Below, piece after piece: positions 33,401 to 42,151 of a stretch of DNA of 64,000 nt. The DNA lies in assembly GCA_019509985.1 (NCBI GenBank), contig JAEKLF010000037.1, positions 8,127 through 72,126 on the forward strand, given 5' to 3'. A program made the translations under genes and the position numbers. Position 1 is the stretch's first letter; each line of letters opens with the position of its first letter. The notes under the pieces are model-generated. The model was not told the DNA's origin. It was given only the letters and a program-made list of their open reading frames with translations, and made no database searches. This stretch comes from Burkholderiales bacterium. GTDB taxonomy: Bacteria > Pseudomonadota > Gammaproteobacteria > Burkholderiales > Burkholderiaceae_C.

Positions 33401-33843
33401 ACACCCGCTTCAACGGCGGCGGCAACCTGCACGACGAACTGGCCACCTTCCTGTCCGGCAAGCCCTACCTGGAGTTCCTGCCGCGCGGCCAGGGCCTGGG
33501 CTGGGAGCCGCGTGGCAAATGGGTCAAGCCCTCGGCCGTGCTGATCAGCGAGAGCAACTACTCCGACGCCCACCTGTTCCCGTGGACCTACAAGCACCTC
33601 GGCATCGGCAAGCTCATCGGCATGCCCGTGGCCGGCACCGGCACCGCCGTCTGGTGGGAGACCATGCAGGATGGCGCCACCGTATTCGGCATCCCGCAGG
33701 TGGGCTTCCGCGCCAAGAACGGCGAGTTCATGGAGCGCACGCTGATCACGCCGGACATCGTCGTGCCCAACGACAAGGCCAGGCTCGATGCGGGTGACGA
33801 CCAGCAGCTCGAGGCAGCAGTGAAGTCCCTGCTGTCGAAGTGA
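30490..33843 (+). CDS. S41 family tricorn-like protease
   Basis: Signal peptide, SPDG beta-propeller repeats, GELNVSHTG, PDZ segment, DTRFNGGG, SNYSDAH catalytic Ser. Confidence 0.92.
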   Translation: MRFKLAGAALALALAFPAFQAQAATAPLGPVTQPLWLRQSSISPDGRQVAFTFQGNLYLVPTTGGTARLLVASGHHNSAPVWSPDGKLLAYAANVYGNDDVFVVSADGGPSRRLTAHSAGETPIAFTPDGKSVLFYAQRQDTRTSMAFPSPALGELYKVGIDGGQRPEQVFSEPALAGRYNKAGTQLVYEDWKGYENASRKHHISPVARDIWLWDAKTGQHRKLTSSGGENRNPVWSADEKSIYFLSEKSGSFNVWKMPVAQPEAARQITQFTKNPVRFLSTAADGTLSFGYEGEIYTLAGDGAQPRKLAVSIAADALVPAVENLKLSEGATDMAVSPDGSEVAVVVRGQVFVASAEFGNTRRITEGPGQKRSVSFSSDGRKLLYSCEQDGQWSLCEAAIQGDKKAVPSFFNAPRVTTRLLLKNQHQNSQPRYSPDGKQVAYLSDRAALHVLDIASGKTREVLSADFNYSYEDGDQWFDWAPDGKSLMVQFLDGNRWGQEVGVVPADGSGKLVNLTQSGYDDVHPLFARQGQMMLWLSDRHGLHGNGGGARNDADVYGMFLTRAAFDRFHLDKAEYAQLKQREDDEKKDQDKKDGKKDGDKKDADKKEDKKDDKKEDAKKVEEPAKPVVIEMPGIENRVARLTQASGDIRDFVLTPDGEQLFYVVKAGEGYELWQARPRDKEGRRVAALPGGRGEDVSLVLDAKGANGFVMAAGRVHKFKVPGDDGKGDVKTEGLKFSAELRIDHAAERAQMFDHAWRQTQEKLYVADMGGVDWAYYRKVYERQLPFVADGVDFAELLSEMLGELNVSHTGSGYRPGPRGDATAALGAFYDPAHSGAGVKVGEVIEGGPLDTALSKLKAGMVIESIDGEAIAAGAEFDSLLNLKAGKQVVLEVLDPATGKRFEQTAKAISLGAERELLYKRWVRQERALVEKLSGGRLGYVHVRGMDDASFRQIYADALGSASGKEALIVDTRFNGGGNLHDELATFLSGKPYLEFLPRGQGLGWEPRGKWVKPSAVLISESNYSDAHLFPWTYKHLGIGKLIGMPVAGTGTAVWWETMQDGATVFGIPQVGFRAKNGEFMERTLITPDIVVPNDKARLDAGDDQQLEAAVKSLLSK

Positions 33844-33905
33844 GGCACCCAGCCCGATGATGCGCGGGGCCGGCCGCAGCGGTCGGCCCCTGCAAAGGAC
33901 CTCGA

Positions 33906-35171
33906 ATGAATGACCAGGCACCCAGCCGCTCGACGGCCTGGGTTGTGGGCGTGCTGGTGGCCATCGCGCTGTTCGGCAACTTCTACGTCTACGACTCCAT
34001 CGGCCCGGTGGCCGACCTGCTGCAGCAGCAGCGCGGCTTCAGCGACACGCAGATCGGCGCGCTGAACGCCATCTACAACCTGCCCAACGTCGTGCTCATC
34101 CTCGTCGGCGGCGTGCTGGTGGACCGCTTCGGCGCGGCGCGCATGACGCTGGTCACCGCCGGCCTGTGTGCGCTCGGCGCGGCGCTGACGGCCTTCAGCC
34201 CCAACTTCGCCGGCATGGCCGCGGGCCGGCTGCTGTTCGGCATCGGCGCCGAGACCTTCAACATCGCGACGCTGGCCGCCGTGGCCGACTACTTCGGCGG
34301 CCGCGGCCTGGCGCTGGCGATGGGCCTGGAGCTGGCCATCGGGCGCCTGGGCTCCTACGGCGCGGACATGTCGCCCAGCTGGTTTGCCGGCGCCTACGCG
34401 CAGGGCTGGCAGCCGCCGCTGCTGATCGCGGCCGCCACGGCCGGCGTCGCCTTCCTCGCGTCGCTGGCCTACTGGTGGGTGGACCGCGGCCCGCGCCTGG
34501 CCGGCCTGCTGCCCACGGGCCATGCGACCGCCGAGAAGTTCGCCTGGCGCGACCTGCTGCACTTCGGCAAGGCCTACTGGTATCTGCTGACCCTGTGCGT
34601 GCTCTGGTACTCGGTCATCCTGGCATTTCGCAGCACCTTCTCGATCAAGTACTTCCAGCACACGCACGGCCTGGACCTGGCCACGGCCGGCGAGATGAAC
34701 AGCTACGTCTTCCTGGCCGCCGTGTTCGCCACGCCGGCCTTCGGCTGGATGTGCGACCGCATCGGCCGCTACGCGCCCTTCCTGGCCTTCGGCGCCTTCC
34801 TGCTGCCGGTGGCGCTGGCCGTCATGGCGCTGACGCCCTGGAGCCTGTGGGTGCCGACAGCGCTGATCGGCGTCAGCTTCTCGCTGGTGCCGGCCGTCAT
34901 GTGGCCGCTGACCAGCCGCCTCGTCGCCCCCAACCGCTTCGGCACGGCCATCGGCCTGATGTGGGTGGTTCAGAACGCCGGCATCGGCGGCGCCAACATG
35001 GTGGCCGGCTGGCTGAACGACCAGGCCGGCGCCAGCGCGGCCAACCCGGGCGGCTACGCACCGATGATGTGGTTCTTCGGCCTGACCAGCGTGGCCGGCT
35101 GCGTCTTCGCGCTGCTGCTGTGGCTGACCGCCGGCCGGCGTGACCAGGAAGCGATCACGCACGCAGCCTGA
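33906..35171 (+). CDS. MFS transporter
   Basis: GVLVDRFGAAR motif A, GRLLFGIGAE, 12-TM pattern. Confidence 0.88.
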   Translation: MNDQAPSRSTAWVVGVLVAIALFGNFYVYDSIGPVADLLQQQRGFSDTQIGALNAIYNLPNVVLILVGGVLVDRFGAARMTLVTAGLCALGAALTAFSPNFAGMAAGRLLFGIGAETFNIATLAAVADYFGGRGLALAMGLELAIGRLGSYGADMSPSWFAGAYAQGWQPPLLIAAATAGVAFLASLAYWWVDRGPRLAGLLPTGHATAEKFAWRDLLHFGKAYWYLLTLCVLWYSVILAFRSTFSIKYFQHTHGLDLATAGEMNSYVFLAAVFATPAFGWMCDRIGRYAPFLAFGAFLLPVALAVMALTPWSLWVPTALIGVSFSLVPAVMWPLTSRLVAPNRFGTAIGLMWVVQNAGIGGANMVAGWLNDQAGASAANPGGYAPMMWFFGLTSVAGCVFALLLWLTAGRRDQEAITHAA

Positions 35172-35188
35172 AGGGGTGGTGCATTTGC

Positions 35189-35307
35189 GGGCCGAGCGCC
35201 GGGCCGCTCCCAAGCCGGCCCGCACTGGCGATGCTTGCCGGTCGCTCCGGCAAGCATCGCCGTCCCCTCGGGGGACCGGCCAAGGTACGCCTTGGCCGAG
35301 GGGTTCC
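35189..35307 (+). repeat. Intergenic palindromic repeat (REP/MITE-like) between convergent genes
   Basis: GGGCCGAGCGCCGGGCCGCTCCCAAGCCGGCCCGC, then a perfect 15-bp hairpin (35227-35261), GTCCCCTCGGGGGACCG and a second 9-bp hairpin; arms shared with 38091-38178. Confidence 0.75.
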
Positions 35308-35310
35308 CTC

Positions 35311-35865
35311 TCACGGCCGCAGCGTCACCAGGTCGCGCAGCAGCAGGTTGATGTTGGCGCGCAGCGCACGCTCGTTGGCGATGCGCAGCCGCTCGTTGGG
35401 CGACACGATGGCCTCGCTGAAGCGGGCCTCGTTGTTGTTGGCGATGAGGCGCTGGTAGACGACGCGGCCGTCCGCCTTCTCGAGCAGCGTGTAGCGCACG
35501 GCCACGCCCACCGTCACGCCGACGGCCGGCACCAGCGGCTGTTCCAGCTGCACGAGCTCGGCCGTGAGCTCGAAGCGCGGCACCGGCAGCGGCGCGGCCG
35601 GCTTCATGCCGACGGCGTAGAGCGACTCGTCCAGCGCCTGCTGCAGGGCCGCGGCGCTGACCTTGGAGCCCCACCAGCGGCCCGTCTCCTCGCCACCCTG
35701 CACCTCGGCAAGGGCGATCTGGCGCTGCAGCGCGTCGGGCACCCAACCGCGGATCTGCAGCGCGTCGGCCGTCGTGATGGCCATCGGCAGCGGCTGGCTG
35801 GGCGTGCCGCAGCCGGCCAGCGTGAGCGTCAGCAAGGCGGCGGGAATCAGGGCGAGGCGCGACAT
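35311..35865 (-). CDS. Hypothetical lipoprotein
   Basis: Lipobox LAGC after a hydrophobic signal; 184 aa. Confidence 0.7.
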   Translation of the reverse strand: MSRLALIPAALLTLTLAGCGTPSQPLPMAITTADALQIRGWVPDALQRQIALAEVQGGEETGRWWGSKVSAAALQQALDESLYAVGMKPAAPLPVPRFELTAELVQLEQPLVPAVGVTVGVAVRYTLLEKADGRVVYQRLIANNNEARFSEAIVSPNERLRIANERALRANINLLLRDLVTLRP

Positions 35866-36082
35866 GGGTGGCCCATGCTAGGCCGAAGCGAGCGCGGCGG
35901 ACGCCATAAAAGCGGCGCCGGGACGGGGCTTTTCGGCCCACAGGCACAGGCTCCGGCGCCCCATGTCGTCGGACCGGCCAGCGCGAGGCCGCATCCCCGT
36001 GACGCCACAGCCCGGGAAACAGGGGCGGCTTCGCCGCTGACATCGGCACGAGGCAGGCGGCGTCGGGCGCCAAAATGGCCGC

Positions 36083-36679
36083 ATGAGCGATTCCAGTTCC
36101 GTGCGCATCGTCGGCGCCAGCGTCCAGACCGAGCTGCCGGTCATCATTGCCGAGCTCGGGCCCATCGCCGACCGGCTGCAGCTCGCCCGCGAGGCCATCG
36201 AGGAACTGCGCGTCAGCCACCCGCAGTCGCCCGAGTCCAACGTGAAGGCGGCGTACATGAGCCCGTGGAAGAGCCACATGCTCAATGCCAAGCTGATGCC
36301 GCTGTGCGCCAGCGTCGTCGAGATCGCCAAGGCCGCGGCGCCCAAGGCCTGGTCGGGCGACCTCGACAAGCTCGGCCTGGACCTGTTGGTCACGCACTGT
36401 TGGGGCGCGGTCTACGAACAGGCCGACTACACGGCGCCGCACAACCACTTCCCGGCCGACCTGAGCTGCGTCGTCTACCTGGAGGCCGAGCCGGGCTGCG
36501 CGCCGCTGGTGTTCTCCAGGACCAGCGCCTACCACCCGCGGCCGGCGACGCTGGTCATGTTCCCCGGCATCACGATGCACGAGGTGCCGGCAACGCCGGG
36601 GCGGCGCGTCGTCGTGGCGATGAACCTGTTCAAGCAGCTGGGGGGCTGGCCAACACAGGATCCGGCGGCGGCAGGCTGA
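36083..36679 (+). CDS. Putative 2OG-Fe(II) oxygenase
   Basis: PHNH..ADLSCVVYL, VMFPG...HEVP, RVVVAMN; resembles the double-stranded beta-helix oxygenase pattern. Confidence 0.65.
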   Translation: MSDSSSVRIVGASVQTELPVIIAELGPIADRLQLAREAIEELRVSHPQSPESNVKAAYMSPWKSHMLNAKLMPLCASVVEIAKAAAPKAWSGDLDKLGLDLLVTHCWGAVYEQADYTAPHNHFPADLSCVVYLEAEPGCAPLVFSRTSAYHPRPATLVMFPGITMHEVPATPGRRVVVAMNLFKQLGGWPTQDPAAAG

Positions 36680-38030
36680 GCCGCGCGCGCAGGCCCGGGC
36701 CGGCGTGGGCGTCCAGCAGCGCCAGCCGGCCGCCGTGGCGGGCGGCGATGTCGGCCGCGATGGCCAGGCCCAGGCCGCTGCCCGTGCCGGTGGCGCTGCC
36801 ACCGCGCCGGAAGCGCTGCAGCGCCGCCGCGCGCTCGGCCGGCGGGATGCCGGGGCCGTTGTCCTCGACCTCCAGCCACGGCCCTTCGGCGCCGCTGCCG
36901 CATCGCACTGTGATGCGCGCGCCGGCGCCGGCGTAGCTGACGGCGTTGTGGATCAGGTTCTCCAGCAGCTCGCGCAGCAGGAAGGCGTGGCCCAGGGCCG
37001 GTGCGTCCTCCAGCTCGAAACCCAGGTCCACGCCGCTGGGCAGGTCGCGGTGGGCCCAGTCCTGGCCGCTTTCGGTGGCGATGTCGCGCAGGTCGATGCG
37101 CTGGCCGACGTCGACGCTGCGGTCCTCCGCGCGCGCCAGGGACAGCAGCTGCTGGGCCAGCCGTGCGCTGCGCACGACGCGCTGGCGCAGCCGCTCCAGC
37201 AGCGGGTCCACGCGCTGGTCGTGCGGCTCCAGCATGGCCAGCTCGATCTCGGTCTGCAGCGACGTGAGCGGCGTGCGCAGCTGGTGGGCGGCATCGGCGA
37301 GGAATTCCCGCTGCGCCTCGGCCGCGCGCCCCAGGCGCTCGAACAGGCGGTTGAAGGCCGCCTGCAGCGGCACCAGCTCGCGCGGCAGGCTGGCGGTGAG
37401 CGGCGTCAGGCGGTGCAGGTCGCGGCGCTCCAGCTCGGCGCTCAGGCCGGTCAGCGGCGTCAACCCCTGGCGGATGGCCCACCAGCCGGCCAGGGCCAGC
37501 AGCAGGGCCAGGCCGGCGCCGTTCAGCGCGACCAGGCCGCCGATCTCGCGCTGCAGCGCGTCGCGCTTGTGCAGGGTCTCGGCGACGAGGACCTGGCAGG
37601 TGCCGGCGCCGCAGTCATGCCCCAGCTGCACGAGGCGCAGCTCGCGGCCGCGCAGCCTGACGTCGCCGTAGTGCGAGTCGCCCGCCGGCTGGGGGGACGG
37701 GCGGGGCTGCAGCTCGGCCAGGCCGGCGTCGCCCTGCAGCACCTCGCCGCGCGGCGCGAGCACGAGATAGAAGACGTCGTCCTGGCGGTCGAAGCGCAGC
37801 GCCCGGTCCATGGTCGCGCTGATGTCGATGCGCGGCTCGCCGCTGCGCAGGTCGATCTGGCCGGCCAGCGTCAGCGCGGTGTCTTCCAGGCCTTCATCGA
37901 GCCAGCTCTGCGCGCTGTGCTGGACCTGCTTGTAAAGCGCCGTGCCCAGCAGCGGCAGCGCCACGACCAGCGGCAGCATCAGCCAGCCGAAAAGCCGGCG
38001 CTGCAGGCTGGAGCGCGGGCGCTCGGCCAA
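36630..38030 (-). CDS. Sensor histidine kinase (QseC/TctE-like)
   Basis: SLQRRLFGWL N-terminus, ADAAHQLRTPL, ENLIHNAVSY, GSGLGLAI; start uncertain (TTG 38030). Confidence 0.85.
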   Translation of the reverse strand: MAERPRSSLQRRLFGWLMLPLVVALPLLGTALYKQVQHSAQSWLDEGLEDTALTLAGQIDLRSGEPRIDISATMDRALRFDRQDDVFYLVLAPRGEVLQGDAGLAELQPRPSPQPAGDSHYGDVRLRGRELRLVQLGHDCGAGTCQVLVAETLHKRDALQREIGGLVALNGAGLALLLALAGWWAIRQGLTPLTGLSAELERRDLHRLTPLTASLPRELVPLQAAFNRLFERLGRAAEAQREFLADAAHQLRTPLTSLQTEIELAMLEPHDQRVDPLLERLRQRVVRSARLAQQLLSLARAEDRSVDVGQRIDLRDIATESGQDWAHRDLPSGVDLGFELEDAPALGHAFLLRELLENLIHNAVSYAGAGARITVRCGSGAEGPWLEVEDNGPGIPPAERAAALQRFRRGGSATGTGSGLGLAIAADIAARHGGRLALLDAHAGPGLRARLSLPPPDPVLASPPAA

Positions 38031-38069
38031 AGTCAGTTGCCCTGCCAGCGGTCGCAGCACCCGCAACGT

Positions 38070-38227
38070 ATGGAGCCCGTGGCGTATTCCGGGCCGCGCG
38101 CCGGGCCGCCCCAAGCCGGCCCGCCTGGGGCTGTTGGCGGCTCGATGCCGCAAACAGCCTCGTCCCCCCGGGGGACCGACTGGGCTTGCCCGCGTTCAGC
38201 GGCGCGAGACCAGGCGAGGGGCTCCAT
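38070..38227 (+). repeat. Second copy of the intergenic palindromic repeat, with 9-bp terminal inverted repeats
   Basis: ATGGAGCCC (38070-38078) and GGGCTCCAT (38219-38227); core GGGCCGCGCGCCGGGCCGCCCCAAGCCGGCCCGC-hairpin-GTCCCCCCGGGGGACCG. Confidence 0.72.
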
Positions 38228-38896
38228 TCAGCCAATCTCTTCCAGAAGATAGCCCAGGCCGCGCACGGTGCGCAGCTGCACGCCGCCCGGCTCGATCTTG
38301 GCGCGCAGCCGCGACAGGCAGACCTCGATGGCGTTGTCGCTGACGCCCTGGTCCCAGGCGTTGCTGGCCAGCGCGATGTGTTCCTTGGGCACGACCTTGC
38401 CGGCACGCGCCATCAGGAAACCGAGCACGTCCCATTCGCGGGCCGACAGCGCCAGCGGCTCCTCGTCGATGTAGGCGCGGCGCGCCTCCTGGTCGATGCG
38501 CAGGCGCGCCAGCTGCAGCTGGTTGCTGGTGCGCGCCTGGCTGCGCCGCACCAGCGCACGGGCGCGGGCGACGAGCTCGGTCAGCGCGAAGGGCTTGACG
38601 AGATAGTCGTCGGCGCCGCCCTCCAGGCCGCGCACGCGGTCCTCGACGGCATCGCGCGCGGTCAGGATCAGCACCGGCACGGCCAGGCCGTCGCCGCGCA
38701 CGCGGCGCAGCGTCTCGAAGCCGTCGATGCCGGCCAGGCCGATGTCCAGGATGAGCAGGTCGTAGGCGTCTTCGCGCAGCGAACGCGGTACCGGCTCGCC
38801 GCGGGCCGTGCAGTCGACGACCCAACCCTGGGAACGCAGGGCGCGAGCGGTGGTTTCGACGAGTTGTTCGTCGTCTTCGACGAGCAGGATGCGCAT
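38228..38896 (-). CDS. OmpR-family response regulator
   Basis: MRILLVEDD, LILDIGL, LILTARD, DYLVKPF, LRTVRGLGY. Confidence 0.93.
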   Translation of the reverse strand: MRILLVEDDEQLVETTARALRSQGWVVDCTARGEPVPRSLREDAYDLLILDIGLAGIDGFETLRRVRGDGLAVPVLILTARDAVEDRVRGLEGGADDYLVKPFALTELVARARALVRRSQARTSNQLQLARLRIDQEARRAYIDEEPLALSAREWDVLGFLMARAGKVVPKEHIALASNAWDQGVSDNAIEVCLSRLRAKIEPGGVQLRTVRGLGYLLEEIG

Positions 38897-38977
38897 GCTC
38901 GTCAGTATGGCGCGACAGCGCCCGATGCGCTGACGTTTGCCTGTCACAGAGCGTCAGCTCGCGGCAAGGCTTGAGTC

Positions 38978-39853
38978 ATGCGCATGACGGCGCCGGATTG
39001 GACACTGCCGGCCATGGACGCGTTAGATGAACGCCGCCCCGCGGTGTTGCTGTTTCATGGCCTGTGCGCCAACCCCCTCGAGCTCGCACCGGTCGCCAAG
39101 TCGCTGCGTGAAGTCGGCTACGTCGTCGAGACTCCGGCCATGGCCGGCTATGGCGTCAGCAGCACCACCGGCGAGCAACTGCCCGTGCCGCCCTTCGAGC
39201 ATTGGCTGGCCGAGGCCGAGGCGGCTTTCGACCGCCTCGCCGCGGAGCACGGCCGCGTCGCCGTCGGCGGCCTGTGCATGGGCGCCGTGCTGGCCCTCGC
39301 CCTGGCCGCGCGCCGGCCGGCCGCCGCCCTGGTGCTGATCTCCACCACTCTGCATTTCGACGGCTGGAACGTGTCGCCCTGGCGCCGCCTGCTGCCGCTG
39401 GCCTACCTGCCGTGGCTGCGCCGGCGCATGAGCTTCAAGGAGACGGCGCCCTTCGGCCTGAAGAACGAGCGCCTGCGCGCCTGGGTCGAGCAGGCCATGG
39501 CGTCGGACAAGGTTTCGGCCGTCGGCGCCGCGCGGCTGTCGGCCGCCTCGCTCTACCAGGCGACCCGACTGATCCGCCACGTGCGCGGCCGACTGGCCGC
39601 CCTGAACGCACCGTCGGTCGTTCTGCACGCGACCGAAGACGACGTCTCCGGCCCGCGCAGCGTGCGCGAGCTGCAATGCCGCCTCGGCCACGAGCCCGAG
39701 GTGCACTGGTTCCACGACAGCTACCACATGCTGACGCTGGACAACGAGCGCATCGCCGTCGCCCGCACGGTGCGCGACTTCCTGCTGCGCCGGCACCCGC
39801 TGGCCCGCCTTTCCCCCGCGACTCCCGGAGCCCTTCATGAGCAACACGCTTGA
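38978..39853 (+). CDS. Alpha/beta-hydrolase (esterase-like) with Cys nucleophile elbow
   Basis: LFHG oxyanion segment, G-L-C-M-G elbow (TGC at 39275-39277), HATEDD, DSYHMLT; start could be 38984 or 39014. Confidence 0.8.
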   Translation: MRMTAPDWTLPAMDALDERRPAVLLFHGLCANPLELAPVAKSLREVGYVVETPAMAGYGVSSTTGEQLPVPPFEHWLAEAEAAFDRLAAEHGRVAVGGLCMGAVLALALAARRPAAALVLISTTLHFDGWNVSPWRRLLPLAYLPWLRRRMSFKETAPFGLKNERLRAWVEQAMASDKVSAVGAARLSAASLYQATRLIRHVRGRLAALNAPSVVLHATEDDVSGPRSVRELQCRLGHEPEVHWFHDSYHMLTLDNERIAVARTVRDFLLRRHPLARLSPATPGALHEQHA

Positions 39854-40100
39854 ACAACTCTGCAGCATCGCCCAGCGCGAGCTCGGCGCCGAAGCGCTGA
39901 GCGACAAGGTCGACACGCCGTTCGCCGAACTCGGCCTCGACTCCCTCGGCCTCGTGGATTTCATGTTCACCGTCGAAGACCACTTCCACGTCAACATCGA
40001 GCACGACCGCGCGCTGCAGACGCCGACGCTGGCCGGCCTGGCCAGACTGGTGGATGAACTGCTGACCGCCAAGGCCGAACCCGTCGCCGCCGCGGCCTGA
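39837..40100 (+). CDS. Acyl carrier protein
   Basis: LGLDSLG phosphopantetheine motif; 87 aa, acidic. Confidence 0.88.
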   Translation: MSNTLEQLCSIAQRELGAEALSDKVDTPFAELGLDSLGLVDFMFTVEDHFHVNIEHDRALQTPTLAGLARLVDELLTAKAEPVAAAA

Positions 40101-41320
40101 TGAGCCGGGTCTGGATCACCGGCCTGGGCGCCATCAGCGCGCTGGGCGCCGGTGCCGACACGCTCGCCGACGGCTGCCAAGCCGGCCGTTCCGGCGTCAC
40201 GGCACAGCCGGGCAGCGACGAGCATGGGCTCAAGCCCTTCGCCGCGGCCGCGGTGCCCGTGCCGCTCGCCACCGGCATGCCGCCGGCCCAGCGCAACCTC
40301 TATGACCGCCACAGCCTGATGGCGCTGGAAGCCGCCGCCGAGGCCTGGGCGCAGGCCGGCCTGCCGGCCACCGCGGCGGACCCCGACCGCGCGGCCGTCG
40401 CCTGGGGCACGGGCCTGGGCGGCTCGGCGTCCATGGAGGCGTCCTACGCGCAGATGTTCACGGCCCGCCCGCCGCGGGTCCACCCCTACACGGTCGTGCG
40501 AGTGATGGCCAACTCGGCGGCCTCCCACCTGGCGATGCGCCACCAGTTGCGCGCGGCCCAGCTCGCCGTGTCCAACGCCTGCGCCTCCTCGGCGCAGGCC
40601 ATCGGCGAGGCGCTGTGGCTGCTGCGCAATGGCCGCGCCGACCTCGCGCTGGTGGGCGGCTCCGAAGCCATGCTGCATGTCGGCAGCGCTTTGGGCTGGC
40701 AGGCCATGGGCGTCATGGCGCCGCTGGACGCTGAAGCTCCCGAGCAGGGCTGCCGCCCCTTCGACGATGCCCGCAAGGGCCTGGTGCTGGGCGAAGGCGC
40801 CGCGGCCCTGGTCATCGAGACCGAGGCCCATGCCCGCGCCCGCGGCGCGACGCCGCTGGCCGTGCTGGCCGGCTACGGCCACAGTGTCGACGCCGTGCAC
40901 CTGTCCCGCCCCGACGCCGCCGGCCAGGCGCGTGCGATGAGCGCCGCGCTGCGCGACGCCGGCCTGTCGCCGGCCGACATCGGCTACGTCAACGCCCACG
41001 GCACGGCCACCGAGGTCGGCGACGCGGTCGAGGCCGAGTCCATCACGACCGTCTTCGGCCGCCGCGCCGTGCCGGTGTCCGCGACCAAGGCCGTGCACGG
41101 CCACCTGATCGGCGCCGGCGGCGCGCTCGAGTTGGTCTCCACCGTGCAGGCCCTGCGCCGGCAACTGCTGCCGCCCAGCGCCCATCTGCGCAGCAGCGCA
41201 TTGAGCGAGCGCTTGGACCTGATCACCGGCGAGGCGCGTGCGGCCAGGCTTCGCGCCGCGATGTCCAACTCGTTTGCCTTCGGCGGCAGCAACGTCGCGC
41301 TGGTGGTAACACAGGCCTGA
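40100..41320 (+). CDS. Beta-ketoacyl-ACP synthase (FabF/NodE-like)
   Basis: NACASS catalytic Cys, YVNAHGTAT, ATKAVHGHLIGA, SNSFAFGGSN. Confidence 0.92.
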   Translation: MSRVWITGLGAISALGAGADTLADGCQAGRSGVTAQPGSDEHGLKPFAAAAVPVPLATGMPPAQRNLYDRHSLMALEAAAEAWAQAGLPATAADPDRAAVAWGTGLGGSASMEASYAQMFTARPPRVHPYTVVRVMANSAASHLAMRHQLRAAQLAVSNACASSAQAIGEALWLLRNGRADLALVGGSEAMLHVGSALGWQAMGVMAPLDAEAPEQGCRPFDDARKGLVLGEGAAALVIETEAHARARGATPLAVLAGYGHSVDAVHLSRPDAAGQARAMSAALRDAGLSPADIGYVNAHGTATEVGDAVEAESITTVFGRRAVPVSATKAVHGHLIGAGGALELVSTVQALRRQLLPPSAHLRSSALSERLDLITGEARAARLRAAMSNSFAFGGSNVALVVTQA

Positions 41321-41357
41321 TTTACGATGCCCTGAACTTCAGCAGAGCAGGTAACGC

Positions 41358-42041
41358 ATGAGCCAGATCCACTTCATCGGCGGCGAAAAGGGCGGCGTCG
41401 GCAAGTCGCTAGTGGCCCGCGTGCTGGCCCAGCATTTCATCGATCGCGGCCTACCCTTCATCGGCTTCGACACCGACCGCTCGCACGGTGCGCTGACGCG
41501 CTACTACGCCGCCTTCGCCGCGCCGATGCTGCTCGACGCCCACGACAGCCTGGACCCCGTCATCGAGGCCGTCGCCGAGCGGCCCGAACGCCGCGTGCTG
41601 GTGGACCTGGCCGCGCAGACGCAAGCCGCACTGACCCGCTGGCTGGACGAAGCCGGCGCCGCCGACGTGGCCGCCGAACTGGGCGTGCAGCTCAACTACT
41701 GGCACGTGATGGACGCCGGCCGCGACTCGGTGGACCTGCTGCGCGCCTGGCTGGACGGCCCGGCCGCGGCGCTACCGCTGGTCATCGTGCTCAATGAGGT
41801 GCGCGGCGAGCGCTTCGAGCTGCTGGCCGCCAGCGGCCTGCTGGAGCGAGCCCAGGCCCAGGGTGCACGCGTGCTGCATCTGCGCAAGCTACCCGACACG
41901 CTGCTGCAGAAGGTAGACGGCGCCGGCGCAAGCTTCTGGGCCGCATCCCAGGGCCCCGGCGGCCTGGGGCTGCTGGACCGACAGCGGGTGCGGGTCTGGC
42001 TGCAACGCATCGGCGCCGAACTGGACGCCGCGGGCGTCTGA
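41358..42041 (+). CDS. P-loop NTPase-like protein (ParA/TraL-like deviant Walker A)
   Basis: IGGEKGGVGKS, FDTDRSH, VLVDLAAQ. Confidence 0.7.
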   Translation: MSQIHFIGGEKGGVGKSLVARVLAQHFIDRGLPFIGFDTDRSHGALTRYYAAFAAPMLLDAHDSLDPVIEAVAERPERRVLVDLAAQTQAALTRWLDEAGAADVAAELGVQLNYWHVMDAGRDSVDLLRAWLDGPAAALPLVIVLNEVRGERFELLAASGLLERAQAQGARVLHLRKLPDTLLQKVDGAGASFWAASQGPGGLGLLDRQRVRVWLQRIGAELDAAGV

Positions 42042-42151
42042 ACGCGACGATCGGGGCGGCCGCTGCGACTGGGCAATAGTCACCCTGCCAGCTCGGGGCG
42101 GGCTCGGGAACGCGTGGCTATGCTGGCCCTCCCTCGACTCCTGCCTGCGCC

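Noticed and set aside
38031-38153. N-terminal extension of the sensor kinase ORF to 38153
   Set aside because: It runs through the palindromic repeat and has no sensor-like sequence; the protein-like part starts near 38030
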